63,589 nucleotides of DNA, filler included, from 7 parts of 7 records of this genome joined end to end with filler, not necessarily neighbours in it, one strand, 5' to 3'. Positions 11,801 to 20,565 are shown, counted from the whole stretch's first letter. Notes: a model not told the origin generated them from the letters alone. Program-made: numbers and translations.

Positions 11801-12051
11801 TGTCACAAAATTTCCCCAATCCCTTTAATCCTATCACTACTATAGGTTTTGGGATCCCCCGCAGCGAATTTACTACCATCGATCTGTATGATGTGTCAGG
11901 GCGAAAGATTATGAATCTTGTGAACAATTATATACCTTCCGGTTATCATCAGGTGATACTCAATGCTTCACACCTGTCATCGGGTATTTATTTCTACAGC
12001 ATTAAGGCCGGTGACTTCTCGGCAGTAAAAAAACTAACTTTACTTAAATAA
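8839..12051 (+). CDS. Secreted protein with three tandem DUF4957/DUF5123-like beta-helix modules and T9SS-type CTD
   Basis: Three clear internal repeats of about 320 aa (LTQS.DYL.DS.LV.DKTI.I.AAE.L..KP) ending GDPNW/GDQRW/GDLRW, plus SQNFPNPFNP CTD. Confidence 0.8.
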   Translation: MKRSALVILGIALFNLLLASTINVDPGRNSLYDALISANDGDTLMLTQSADYLMDSVLVVDKTIMIMAAEDLDEKPVIKNVCETLLTRNHIQIADGGHLRLNGLEFDGLTDSNTPAKYCISTTEKMLVPYSLFVNDCVMHDFIIDEEGRFFRAYAETYADSVVFTNCLLYNAGRQGICIKDADNTVGYFEISFSTMFNVYHEGIYVQGDSVVFRVNHCTFDNLGYASMDMVRPRFINDTEIINSVFSNVPEPQSRALLVYGPANVDYCVFHNIGAVDIHNTAICQFGDSVYFDVDPQYEGREYGNFQLSNSSPFLTFSTDGSVLGDPNWGQYSGVLPRTIYVGNERNALSDSLKIAKDSDILELTQSGDYLLDSILVIDKTITIKAAEALESKPVLKNVNNGLSIVTLMDIQTGGNLYLDGLELDGLAGSDSAADYLIKTAESIDDSYKLVVKDCILRDIDNGSDGAFFKSYASTSADSIVFKNCMMYNCAGIGLDMIDADNIVDYFEISNSTMYDIEDVGLSLQGSDPIILVKHCNFDNLGSVGNGMINPAGLDVTIQNSIFSNAPDTTTKLFTYYYYGNIDFNNFYKVGPIEVWMAGDNPVGENNMYGVDPMFTDQSNNDYTLPMESPMYYSGEGECHLGDQRWAINAPVRIYKKFYIPAYQNSIYDSLLVAGDRDTLILTDASEYLLDSTLYINKTITIKAAEELVSKPVIKNIKPGYTSKSILRIQENGNLYLNGLDLDGLAGTDMAAKYLIRTDEEIEGFYNLYVNDCVLHDVVAADMGSFFRGFSKTFADTVKFTNCIMYNSGKEGIRIKDADNTVRYFEMSNSTMYHTKTEGIYIQGNEVVFRMDHCTLHDLAWIHADMIRPRYVIDAEITNCIFANTTEPHSRVILLYGTSLMSHNDFYNVGGITKVVVHDSSSYRFGDNMLFEVDPMFANPDGGDFTLMAGSPLYGMGSDGEAMGDLRWATEAAQDTPAVISVPEDYELSQNFPNPFNPITTIGFGIPRSEFTTIDLYDVSGRKIMNLVNNYIPSGYHQVILNASHLSSGIYFYSIKAGDFSAVKKLTLLK

Positions 12052-12060
12052 AGAATCTAA

Positions 12061-14754
12061 ATGAAAAAACTCCTCTTAACATTGATCTTAACGGGCTTAT
12101 TACCCATTCTGCTTTTTTCGGCTGTCTATACGGTCGGCACTGAAACTGAAATTGAAGCAATTACTTCCTTAAGTGCCGGCGATACGGTTAAAGTTGCGCC
12201 CGGATATTATTCTGATGTGCTCATTTCTTTTGCCGGAAATGGTGCTGAAGGTGATTCGGTCGTTTTTATGGCTGAAGAACCCGGTACGGTGATCTTGAAT
12301 GGACTGTCAAGATTATTGTTTAGCGGACAATATATCAAGATCAGTGGATTATTCTTTGTGAACGGTTATTCCACTGCCGGGGATGAAATCATTGAGTTCA
12401 GGCGCAATGGAGTAAGGGCTAACAACAGTCGTATCACGAATTGCGCTATGTTAAGCTGCAATCCCGATAGTAAAGATACGGATTATAAATGGTTGAGCAT
12501 GTTCGGTAAGAATAATCGAGTGGATCATTGCCATTTTGAAAATAAAATTCACAGTGGAACCACCTTTGTGGTGTGGTTGACCGAACCTGCATATGACAGA
12601 CCGAATAACCATAGAATAGATCACAACTATTTTGGACCAAGGCCTGATCTTGGCTATAACGGGGGAGAGACCATACGAATAGGGACAAGCACGCATTCGA
12701 TGAGTACCTCTGCTACTATCGTTGAATATAATGTTTTTGATCAATGTAACGGCGAGACCGAGATCATTTCGAATAAATCTTGCGAAAATGTTTTTCGGCA
12801 CAACACTTTTCTGGAATGTCAGGGTACTTTGACATTAAGACACGGAAATCGATGCCTTGTTGATGGAAATTACTTCTTTGGAAATAATCAAAACAATACC
12901 GGCGGGATCAGAATTATTGGTGAAGACCATGTTGTCATCAATAATTACCTGCAGGATCTGGCCGGTGCGGGATATAAAACGGGAATTTGTATCGTCCGTG
13001 GTGTTGAAGATTCACCTTTGAACAGGTATTTCCCGGTAAAAAGAGCGATCGTAGCAAATAATACGCTAATAAATGTACGATACCCTTTTAATTTCAATTA
13101 TGAAGCATCAGATGATCAAACTGTTGCCCCGGATTCATGCGTGATCGTAAACAATGCCATTGATGCGGGTTCATCGAATGATGTATTACATTTTCCCGGA
13201 CCACTGAATCGTTTTATTTGGGCAGGGAATATAGTTTATGGAGATGAACTGGGCGAAACCGATCCGGGTGGTATTACCTGGGCGGATCCTGAATTTAGCC
13301 AGATCAGTGGTGGAATATATCGCCCTTCATCAACCTCTCCCGTGATCGATGCCGGTGTAACCGGATATGTTACCTTGGGTTATGATATTGACGGGCAATC
13401 CCGCGGTGTTACATTTGATGTGGGCGCCGATGAAATATCGACAGATCCTATTAAATATACCCCTTTAAGCAAAGATGACGTTGGTCCTGACTGGAATGTA
13501 GAAATTGAAGAAGTCACAACTGTTGAAGCAGGTGAGAATACACTGATCACAACTCTTGAACGAATTGCTCCGGGAGATTCTTTAAAGTTGACCACCCGAG
13601 CAGGAAATTACAGTTTAACAGAAGCTCTGGATATTAATATGGAGGTCACACTTTACTCCGATTATGAGGGTGAAGACAGGCCTGTGATCTACTGTACTTC
13701 TTCTGATCCTGTTTTTAGCATGGAAAATGGCGGAAAACTATATTTGAATGATCTTAAGATCGACGGCTATACATCTGCCGGCAGTAAACCGGCATTGATA
13801 AGTGATGCGGGCTATACATCCGGAATGCAAGCTGTAAAAGTTGTAGCTAAAAATTGTCTATTTTCTGTGACGGGTGTCACATTACCGGAAGTTTCTTGTC
13901 TGGAGATCGGATCAAATGTTCGAGCCGACAGTCTGCATTTCAAAAATTGCGAATTTAAGGGCTTTACAGACCTCGTATTTGATCTGGATGAAGCTGCGGA
14001 GGCATCGGCGGATTACAGGGTGAATGATCTTGTTTTGGAAAATTCCACATTCTGGAATAATACGGCTGGTGTAGTATCTGTTTATGCCGGTGATAACAAT
14101 CCATTCACGATCGGTCCGAAGGTGATCATCGATCATTGTACCATGGATGACTGTGCCGATGCTGATAAGATCACACTTGATCTGAAAGATGTAGATGCAG
14201 CAGAAGTTCATAATACCATTATTACAAATTCTTCAGCTGATACGGCAGCCGTCAGCATTTATGGTTGGGGATATATCGACTATTCAAACCTCTACAATTC
14301 AGGTAACATATCTCAAAACCGGGGTGGAAATATTAATGACGGTATGAAATATGTAGATCCCGCTTATGCAAATGCTACCAATGGTGATTTTACTCTACCT
14401 TGGCAGAATCTTCTGCTGACGGCAGATTCAGACGGTGGCGGTATGGGCGATCCAAGATGGATACTTGATTATACGGCCATTAATGATGATCTTGCTGTCC
14501 CTGTCAGCATGAGTTTGAATGCCTACCCGAATCCTACCAATGCGCATATCAAACTCGACTATGAATTCAAGAATGAAAATACCGGAAAACTCTTTATTTA
14601 CGATATAAACGGATCGCTTTTCAAAACGATCTATCTGAACAACTCAAAAGCAAGTATTGACTTGAACCTGGACGATCTTTCATCGGGTATCTGGTTTTTC
14701 CGCTTGAGTGATGGTATTGAAGAACTGACCAGAAAGGTCATGGTATTAAAATAA
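12061..14754 (+). CDS. Polysaccharide lyase family 6 (alginate lyase/chondroitinase B type) with extra beta-helix module and CTD
   Basis: PL6 motifs NRVDHC.F, NGGETIRIGTS, EIISNKS, LTLRHG, GGIRI. C-terminal module ends GDPRW, then a YPNP CTD. Confidence 0.9.
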   Translation: MKKLLLTLILTGLLPILLFSAVYTVGTETEIEAITSLSAGDTVKVAPGYYSDVLISFAGNGAEGDSVVFMAEEPGTVILNGLSRLLFSGQYIKISGLFFVNGYSTAGDEIIEFRRNGVRANNSRITNCAMLSCNPDSKDTDYKWLSMFGKNNRVDHCHFENKIHSGTTFVVWLTEPAYDRPNNHRIDHNYFGPRPDLGYNGGETIRIGTSTHSMSTSATIVEYNVFDQCNGETEIISNKSCENVFRHNTFLECQGTLTLRHGNRCLVDGNYFFGNNQNNTGGIRIIGEDHVVINNYLQDLAGAGYKTGICIVRGVEDSPLNRYFPVKRAIVANNTLINVRYPFNFNYEASDDQTVAPDSCVIVNNAIDAGSSNDVLHFPGPLNRFIWAGNIVYGDELGETDPGGITWADPEFSQISGGIYRPSSTSPVIDAGVTGYVTLGYDIDGQSRGVTFDVGADEISTDPIKYTPLSKDDVGPDWNVEIEEVTTVEAGENTLITTLERIAPGDSLKLTTRAGNYSLTEALDINMEVTLYSDYEGEDRPVIYCTSSDPVFSMENGGKLYLNDLKIDGYTSAGSKPALISDAGYTSGMQAVKVVAKNCLFSVTGVTLPEVSCLEIGSNVRADSLHFKNCEFKGFTDLVFDLDEAAEASADYRVNDLVLENSTFWNNTAGVVSVYAGDNNPFTIGPKVIIDHCTMDDCADADKITLDLKDVDAAEVHNTIITNSSADTAAVSIYGWGYIDYSNLYNSGNISQNRGGNINDGMKYVDPAYANATNGDFTLPWQNLLLTADSDGGGMGDPRWILDYTAINDDLAVPVSMSLNAYPNPTNAHIKLDYEFKNENTGKLFIYDINGSLFKTIYLNNSKASIDLNLDDLSSGIWFFRLSDGIEELTRKVMVLK

Positions 14755-15977
14755 TGAAAAATAAATTATTACTTCTTTTATGTTTGTTTCTTGTAGCCGG
14801 ACCTCTCTCTGCACAGAGGGAGGTGCCGGCACCCCTTTTCATTGATCTTGACATCATTGAAATGAACAAGCAAAAAGCTGATAATGGCAATATTGAATTA
14901 CAAGAGGCTATTGCTCAACTGATATCTCAAGCGGATAAAAAGATGAGTGAAGGCACTTTTTCAGTCGTTTTCAGCAAGAAAAATTCTCCGCACGGTTCCG
15001 TGCATGATTATTGCAGCATGAGCCCTTACTGGTGGCCGGATCCTGAAAAAGTAGATGGCTTACCTTATATACGAAATGATGGCGTTGTCAATCCGGAACG
15101 TTGGGATTACGATAAAACCCAATCGGGAAAATTTGGCGATGTTATCGAAGTACTGAGCTATGCCTATTTCTATACTGAAGATGTAAAATATTCTCAACGG
15201 GTAGTTGAATTGCTGAAGGTTTGGTTCGTGGATGATAAGACACGCATGAACCCGAATATGACCTTTGCCCAATTCGTTCCGGGCAGGAGTACGGGACGAT
15301 CTTACGGGATCATCGAAAGTCGTGTTTTCATGTATGCAATGGATATTGCCACAGCTTTTTACCGCTTGGATCAATTGGATGATGAAATATATAGCAAGTT
15401 AATGCAATGGAATAAGGAATTCCTGAATTGGCTGGTAACGAGTGATCATGGCAAGAAAGAGCATAATGCCACGAATAATCACGGCTCCTGGTACGACACA
15501 CAAACAATGGGTTTTGCCCTTATGGCAGGTGATATGGATGTTCAAAAAGATCTGGTGTCCGAGTATATTCACAGGCGTATTACCGGGCATATTTTGATGA
15601 ATGGTGAGCAACCGGCTGAATTGAAACGCACACGTTCTTTTTCGTATTCAAATTTTAATTTAAGAGCCATAACCGAATTTTATTATATGGCATTGAATAA
15701 TGATCTATTGACCAACAAAGAGAAGCGGACAATTAAAAATGGCATTTTAAGAGCAGCAAAATATGTCTATCCGTCCGCTTTGGATCCCGAAAAATGGTCG
15801 CACCAACAGATCAAATCTTTTGATGGCGGACGCATGGTGTTAGCCCAGACCTATTTTACTCTTGATGAATTATATCCCGGGAAGGATTATTGGAAGAAAG
15901 CCATGAGTATTCCACAAGATCCTTTCAATAAAGTTATGTTGATGCTTAGAAATGATATGTTCAAGGAGAGCAAGTGA
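14754..15977 (+). CDS. Alginate_lyase (PF05426-type, PL38-like) polysaccharide lyase
   Basis: HDYCSMSPYWWPDP..GLPYIRNDG..NP, MNPNM.FAQ, NNHGSWYD.Q, QP.EL.RT.SF.YS.FNL. Signal peptide. Confidence 0.85.
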   Translation: MKNKLLLLLCLFLVAGPLSAQREVPAPLFIDLDIIEMNKQKADNGNIELQEAIAQLISQADKKMSEGTFSVVFSKKNSPHGSVHDYCSMSPYWWPDPEKVDGLPYIRNDGVVNPERWDYDKTQSGKFGDVIEVLSYAYFYTEDVKYSQRVVELLKVWFVDDKTRMNPNMTFAQFVPGRSTGRSYGIIESRVFMYAMDIATAFYRLDQLDDEIYSKLMQWNKEFLNWLVTSDHGKKEHNATNNHGSWYDTQTMGFALMAGDMDVQKDLVSEYIHRRITGHILMNGEQPAELKRTRSFSYSNFNLRAITEFYYMALNNDLLTNKEKRTIKNGILRAAKYVYPSALDPEKWSHQQIKSFDGGRMVLAQTYFTLDELYPGKDYWKKAMSIPQDPFNKVMLMLRNDMFKESK

Positions 15978-17149
15978 TAGGATCAAGATCAAGATTAAGC
16001 TTTTTGGGTTTGATTACCATTCTTGTATTATTGAGTTCATGTAATTCAGTTGATCAGAAATTTTTGAAGAGCTATGAAAAAGAAAGGGTTTTGAACTCTG
16101 CCGATATTTATTTGAAAGAATTCCCGATCACCGTGACCGCTTTTTCTAGTCCAAGATCCGCCGGTGGAGTACATGATTTCTTCTCCGAGGGCGATTACTG
16201 GTGGCCGGATCCTGGAAATCCCGGTGGAAAATATATTCGCAAGGACGGACAGAGCAATCCCGATAATTTTGATTGGCACAGAAAAGCCATGATCAGATTG
16301 AGCTTGCATGTACCCGCGCTGACATCAGCCTATATGTTGACGCAAGACCAAGTTTATGCCGAAAAAGCTCTTGAGCATCTGCAGGCCTGGTTCATCAATG
16401 AATCGACCATGATGAGTCCGCACATGAAATATGCGCAGGCGATCAGTGGTCGTGTGACCGGCAGGGGAGTAGGCATGATCGATACCATTCACTTAGTAGA
16501 AGTAGCGAGATCAGCAAAACTTCTCTTTGAAATGGGAGCTATTCCAGACAAGGACTATAAAGCTATCCAGGATTGGTTTGCCGAGTTATTGATATTTATT
16601 ACTGAGCACGAGTACGGTATTGATGAGCGCGATCGTTTGAACAATCACGGTTCCTGCTGGGTGCTGCAAGTCGCTGTATTTGCCGATCTTGCCGGCAATG
16701 AAAAGCTGGTTGAATATGCACGGGACAGGCTGAATACAGTCCTCTTACCGGCACAACTTGCAGAAGACGGTTCATTTCCGAAAGAGCTGGCAAGAACCAA
16801 GCCCTACGGTTACGCTTTGTTCAACATGGAGATCATGGGAGCTTTAGCACATATTTTGTCTACTGATGAAGAGAATATCTGGACTTATCAGATCGGAAAT
16901 GGCGCCAGCCTGGAAACAGCTGTTAAATATATTTTACCATTCATCCAGGATAAATCAACTTGGCCCTATGAACCGGATGTGATGTATTTTGACCAATTGC
17001 CGGTCCGATATAATTTTTTACTTTTTGCCGTTCCGGGTCTAGAGCAAAAAGAAACACTGAAAGAATGGAAAAAACTCGATGCGGATCCCGTATCACGTGA
17101 AATGATACGAAATATGCCGATACGGCAGCCGCTTTTGTGGATTGAATGA
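15974..17149 (+). CDS. Second PF05426-type (PL38-like) lyase, probable lipoprotein
   Basis: HDFFSEGDYWWPDP..GKYIRKDG.SNP, NNHGSCW..Q, FP.EL.RTKPY.Y..FN, lipobox LSSC. GTG start overlaps the upstream stop. Confidence 0.85.
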   Translation: MIGSRSRLSFLGLITILVLLSSCNSVDQKFLKSYEKERVLNSADIYLKEFPITVTAFSSPRSAGGVHDFFSEGDYWWPDPGNPGGKYIRKDGQSNPDNFDWHRKAMIRLSLHVPALTSAYMLTQDQVYAEKALEHLQAWFINESTMMSPHMKYAQAISGRVTGRGVGMIDTIHLVEVARSAKLLFEMGAIPDKDYKAIQDWFAELLIFITEHEYGIDERDRLNNHGSCWVLQVAVFADLAGNEKLVEYARDRLNTVLLPAQLAEDGSFPKELARTKPYGYALFNMEIMGALAHILSTDEENIWTYQIGNGASLETAVKYILPFIQDKSTWPYEPDVMYFDQLPVRYNFLLFAVPGLEQKETLKEWKKLDADPVSREMIRNMPIRQPLLWIE

Positions 17150-17156
17150 CGTTTTT

Positions 17157-17310
17157 TGTCATCCCGACCGAAGCGGAGGGATCTCAAACTACTGTTGTTA
17201 GATGTTTGAGATTTCTCTCATCCTTCGCATAAAGCTTCGGATGACAGGCACTTTGCTAATATAAGTAGCCTGCCCGTCATAGCTTTAGCGAAGACGGGGT
17301 CGAAATGACA
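17157..17310. repeat. Composite REP-like palindromic element
   Basis: Outer arms TGTCATCCCGACC / GGTCGAAATGACA. Inner arms GAGGGATCTCAAAC / GTTTGAGATTTCTC. A second inverted pair CTTCGCATAAAGCT..ACAGGC / GCCTG..AGCTTTAGCGAAG. Confidence 0.75.
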
Positions 17311-17331
17311 CAAAGGAGATTTAAGAAGAAA

Positions 17332-17621
17332 ATGAACAAAAATCTAAGCATTATTCTGATACTATGCCTGCTCGCAAGCTCATTGTTTGCAATTGAAGAT
17401 CGTATTCTTGACAAAAAACTATATAAAACCATAGCTGATCAGTTATTGCTCAAAGAAAAAGTTATTGATGGGAAATTCCCCGAGTATACCAAAAATGGAG
17501 AATGGCAATTTCGTGATAAGGTCAATTGGTTCAGCGGTATGATGGCGGGTGAATTATTTGCACAATACGAACTTAGCGGTAGAGATAGATTCAATGCTAA
17601 ATCGAAGTATTTGGATAAAGC
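17332..17621 (+). CDS. GH88-like unsaturated glucuronyl hydrolase, N-terminal fragment (contig end)
   Basis: Signal peptide then FPEYT..GEW.....NWFSGM.AG.L...YELSG, matching the GH88 N-terminal WxSGFxxG region. Confidence 0.6.
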
Positions 17622-17721
17622 NNNNNNNNNNNNNNNNNNNNNNNNNNNNNNNNNNNNNNNNNNNNTTAATTAATTAANNNNNNNNNNNNNNNNNNNNNNN
17701 NNNNNNNNNNNNNNNNNNNNN
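17622..17721. other. Artificial contig linker
   Basis: 44 N + TTAATTAATTAA (stops in all six frames) + 44 N. Confidence 0.99.
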
Positions 17722-17859
17722 ACCATCCGCCGTAGGCGGCGCGTTCCTTTGATACTATCCAGAAGACTATTGAAATAATGCAGTTATTAAAAATTACTGA
17801 ATCAAAGTTGCAGCAATTGCAGGATTTTTACAGATCCACTATTTTGATTTAAACTTAAA

Positions 17860-19146
17860 TCAATAAAACAACAAATAAGCTACACCCGTCAGCATCAAAC
17901 AGGTAACTCCCATTACAACTCCACCCAGCGTATAACTTCTCAGAACTTCGGAAGTCTCCAGTTCAGCCAGGTCCTTGTAGATCCAGAAGAATGGATCGTT
18001 GAAATGTGATATGAGGAACGTCCCGGAAGCCATTGAAAAGAGAACTATTACCGGCGGGAGTCCAAGGACAGGAATAAGAGGTATCACTATTGAAGGTGCC
18101 ACAAGCATGGTGACAACACGAGAACCCTGTACACTCTGTATGGCAACGGCAATGAGGAAAGGAACGAGGATTGCAGGCAAGGGTAGTTCTGAAAGAAGAA
18201 TTCCTATCTCTTCTCCGACTCCTGTCATTGCAAGGGTGGCTCCAAGTGCTCCTCCTCCGCACATGTCGAGGATAACTACTCCACTTCTTCTGACAGCTTT
18301 TTCCAGCCATTCCCTGACACGAACAATGTCATATTGCCTGTAAGCGAAAAGGATTGCCAGCACCACGCCGATCAGGAGTGCTATATTAGGTTCACCCAGG
18401 ATGTCGAACAATCGAAAGTTCGTGAATACATCTGTGAAGATGAGTGCAACGGGTATGACGATCGGTGAGTAAGCAGCTAGCCTGCTAATTTGCATTCTTT
18501 TATTTTCGATCTCATCTCCATTGTCACCGACAAGGCTGTTCATATCACCTATGCTGCAGAATTTGGTTGCATAGAGATAACCCACAACTGAAACTAAAAA
18601 CGCAATAACAATTCCCGGTATCAGTATCTCATTGCTCTCCAGTCCCAACTCGTTCACTGCTGAATAGACAACAGGGGAAGGATACACAAGATTATATGAT
18701 GCCAGTGTTCCGAAAACAAGTACTGATGCTGTGAGAACCTTTGGAAGACCCTGTCTTATCCTGATTTCCTTTGCCACCGGCATGAATATCACATAGGCAA
18801 GGATGCAACACATAAGAGGTACAGAGAAGATGAATCCAAGGAAGTTCAGTCCGAAAAGTGGTTTTCTTGATAGTTTTATGATATCAGATGCAATTAGTCT
18901 TGCAGCACCTGTCCTGTGCAGAACAATTCCTATTGTGCTTCCTGCAGCTATTATAATTGCGAAATGGGAAAATACCTTTCCCATTCCAGTGGTTATCGTG
19001 ATTATGGTGCTCGATGCTTCACCTGCAAGTACTCCGGTGATGACCGATGTCAGGATGAGTCCTAAAAAGGGATGAATTCTCAGCTTTGCGGTGAGTATGA
19101 GGATAAGAACTAAAGAAAAAAGGAAAATGATTATAGAGTGCATCAA
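17860..19146 (-). CDS. GntP-family permease
   Basis: Highly hydrophobic. KLRIHPFLGL, AIQSVQGS.VV, SHFNDPFFW motifs of gluconate/H+ symporter-like proteins. Confidence 0.85.
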   Translation of the reverse strand: MMHSIIIFLFSLVLILILTAKLRIHPFLGLILTSVITGVLAGEASSTIITITTGMGKVFSHFAIIIAAGSTIGIVLHRTGAARLIASDIIKLSRKPLFGLNFLGFIFSVPLMCCILAYVIFMPVAKEIRIRQGLPKVLTASVLVFGTLASYNLVYPSPVVYSAVNELGLESNEILIPGIVIAFLVSVVGYLYATKFCSIGDMNSLVGDNGDEIENKRMQISRLAAYSPIVIPVALIFTDVFTNFRLFDILGEPNIALLIGVVLAILFAYRQYDIVRVREWLEKAVRRSGVVILDMCGGGALGATLAMTGVGEEIGILLSELPLPAILVPFLIAVAIQSVQGSRVVTMLVAPSIVIPLIPVLGLPPVIVLFSMASGTFLISHFNDPFFWIYKDLAELETSEVLRSYTLGGVVMGVTCLMLTGVAYLLFY

Positions 19147-19211
19147 TAGAAAATCGGTTTAGGGCGGTATATAGTTTACCATACTGCCCCACCGTGTCTA
19201 TGTCAGGAGCT

Positions 19212-19817
19212 TCATTCTTCAACGTACAAAAGATAAAGACAGCTGTTCTCTCTCATTTCCATGAATCCCTGGGTTTCGGATATTCCTGCTTTTTCCAGCA
19301 ATACTTTCTTCCAGGACTCGGGAGGTAGTGCTATCTTTCCGGTATATGCCTTTGCTGCTATCTGAGCATATTGAAGTGGTTTGCCGTCAATCTTTATCCT
19401 CTTTGCAACTTCCTTGCGGTAGGTCTGGTGCATCATACATGCACTGTGGGCAGCGGAAGGCTGGATTGTGTGGTTGTAGTGATCAGTTGCTTCCATGTGT
19501 ACAGGATTGAAATTACCGATACGTTTGATGTATTCCCTGATTGCCTTGGAGAAAGGACACACGCTGGTTACAAATCCGAACTTGCTGATCTGTCCGATAT
19601 TCTCAAATGATGAAAGTACTGATTCCCCATTAGTAACGGCATTGGCAAAATCCTCCCATGTCTTGTATTCTTCTTCTGGTACGGATTTTGCAAGTGATTC
19701 TGCCTGTCCTACCATATAATTCGTAAAACCTTCTACACCTTGTTTGTCAGAAATATCCTCAAAGAAGAGGAATACTGATACGTCAACAAAGGGATTTGAA
19801 CTTATGTTTTCAGCCAT
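19212..19817 (-). CDS. Hypothetical protein, paralog of 19830-20456, Cys/His motif (V4R/MetOD1-like, tentative)
   Basis: VCPF...ACMMHQTYR...QIAAKAYTG...SCLY. Archaeal-type RBS GGGTGA. Confidence 0.75.
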   Translation of the reverse strand: MAENISSNPFVDVSVFLFFEDISDKQGVEGFTNYMVGQAESLAKSVPEEEYKTWEDFANAVTNGESVLSSFENIGQISKFGFVTSVCPFSKAIREYIKRIGNFNPVHMEATDHYNHTIQPSAAHSACMMHQTYRKEVAKRIKIDGKPLQYAQIAAKAYTGKIALPPESWKKVLLEKAGISETQGFMEMRENSCLYLLYVEE

Positions 19818-19829
19818 TTTTGGTCACCC

Positions 19830-20456
19830 TCAATCGATTATCTCTTCGCCTGCACTCTTACCTTTAACAATGAGGGCAAAGACGCAGGATGCATTACGTA
19901 GTATGCTTTTAATGTGTCTCTCATCAACATTTATTCTGGCAAGGTTATCAGGTACCATTTTTACCTCACCGGTCATTCCTTTGTTGGCAAGCTGCAGGCA
20001 TTCAAGTGCTTGTTTTGCAACAGTAATGTTGTTTGCTGCAACTTCCCTGAACTTCTGGTGTGTGATACAATAATTTGAAACAGCTGAATCTCTTATACGG
20101 TTATTGTAGCTGTCAGCAACATCAGTGTCTGAGTCCGGAATTGGTCCTATCCTGGAAATATATCTTCCCATGGAAGGAGCCATTGGGCATACTCTCAGAG
20201 CATATACGTATCCAATGACATCTCCGTCTTTATCAGTGATAGCAAGATCTGTCTGGACATTAACATCACCCTCGACTGTAAGTGATGTTCTTCCGTCTTT
20301 CATTGCCACATTAAAAGCTGGCCATCCTACGTATGCTTCTTTTCCCATCCTTTCGGCATAGCTCTCACCTACACGAAGCCAGTATTCTACGACACCTTCA
20401 GTCCCTGCCTTGCTGACCATGTCATCAACAAGTGAGTATATTGCAATGTCCATCAT
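19830..20456 (-). CDS. Hypothetical protein, paralog of 19212-19817, Cys/His motif (V4R/MetOD1-like, tentative)
   Basis: VCPM...YCITHQKFR...QLANKGMTG...SCVF. RBS AAGGAG. Confidence 0.75.
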   Translation of the reverse strand: MMDIAIYSLVDDMVSKAGTEGVVEYWLRVGESYAERMGKEAYVGWPAFNVAMKDGRTSLTVEGDVNVQTDLAITDKDGDVIGYVYALRVCPMAPSMGRYISRIGPIPDSDTDVADSYNNRIRDSAVSNYCITHQKFREVAANNITVAKQALECLQLANKGMTGEVKMVPDNLARINVDERHIKSILRNASCVFALIVKGKSAGEEIID

Positions 20457-20565
20457 AATTATAGGTCTCCTTTATCCTCTCGGGGTTGATTAGTATTTAT
20501 ACAATATTTATATATTAATTGTCTTAATGGTTTTTATTCTTTGCCATTGAATTTATTAAAAATTA

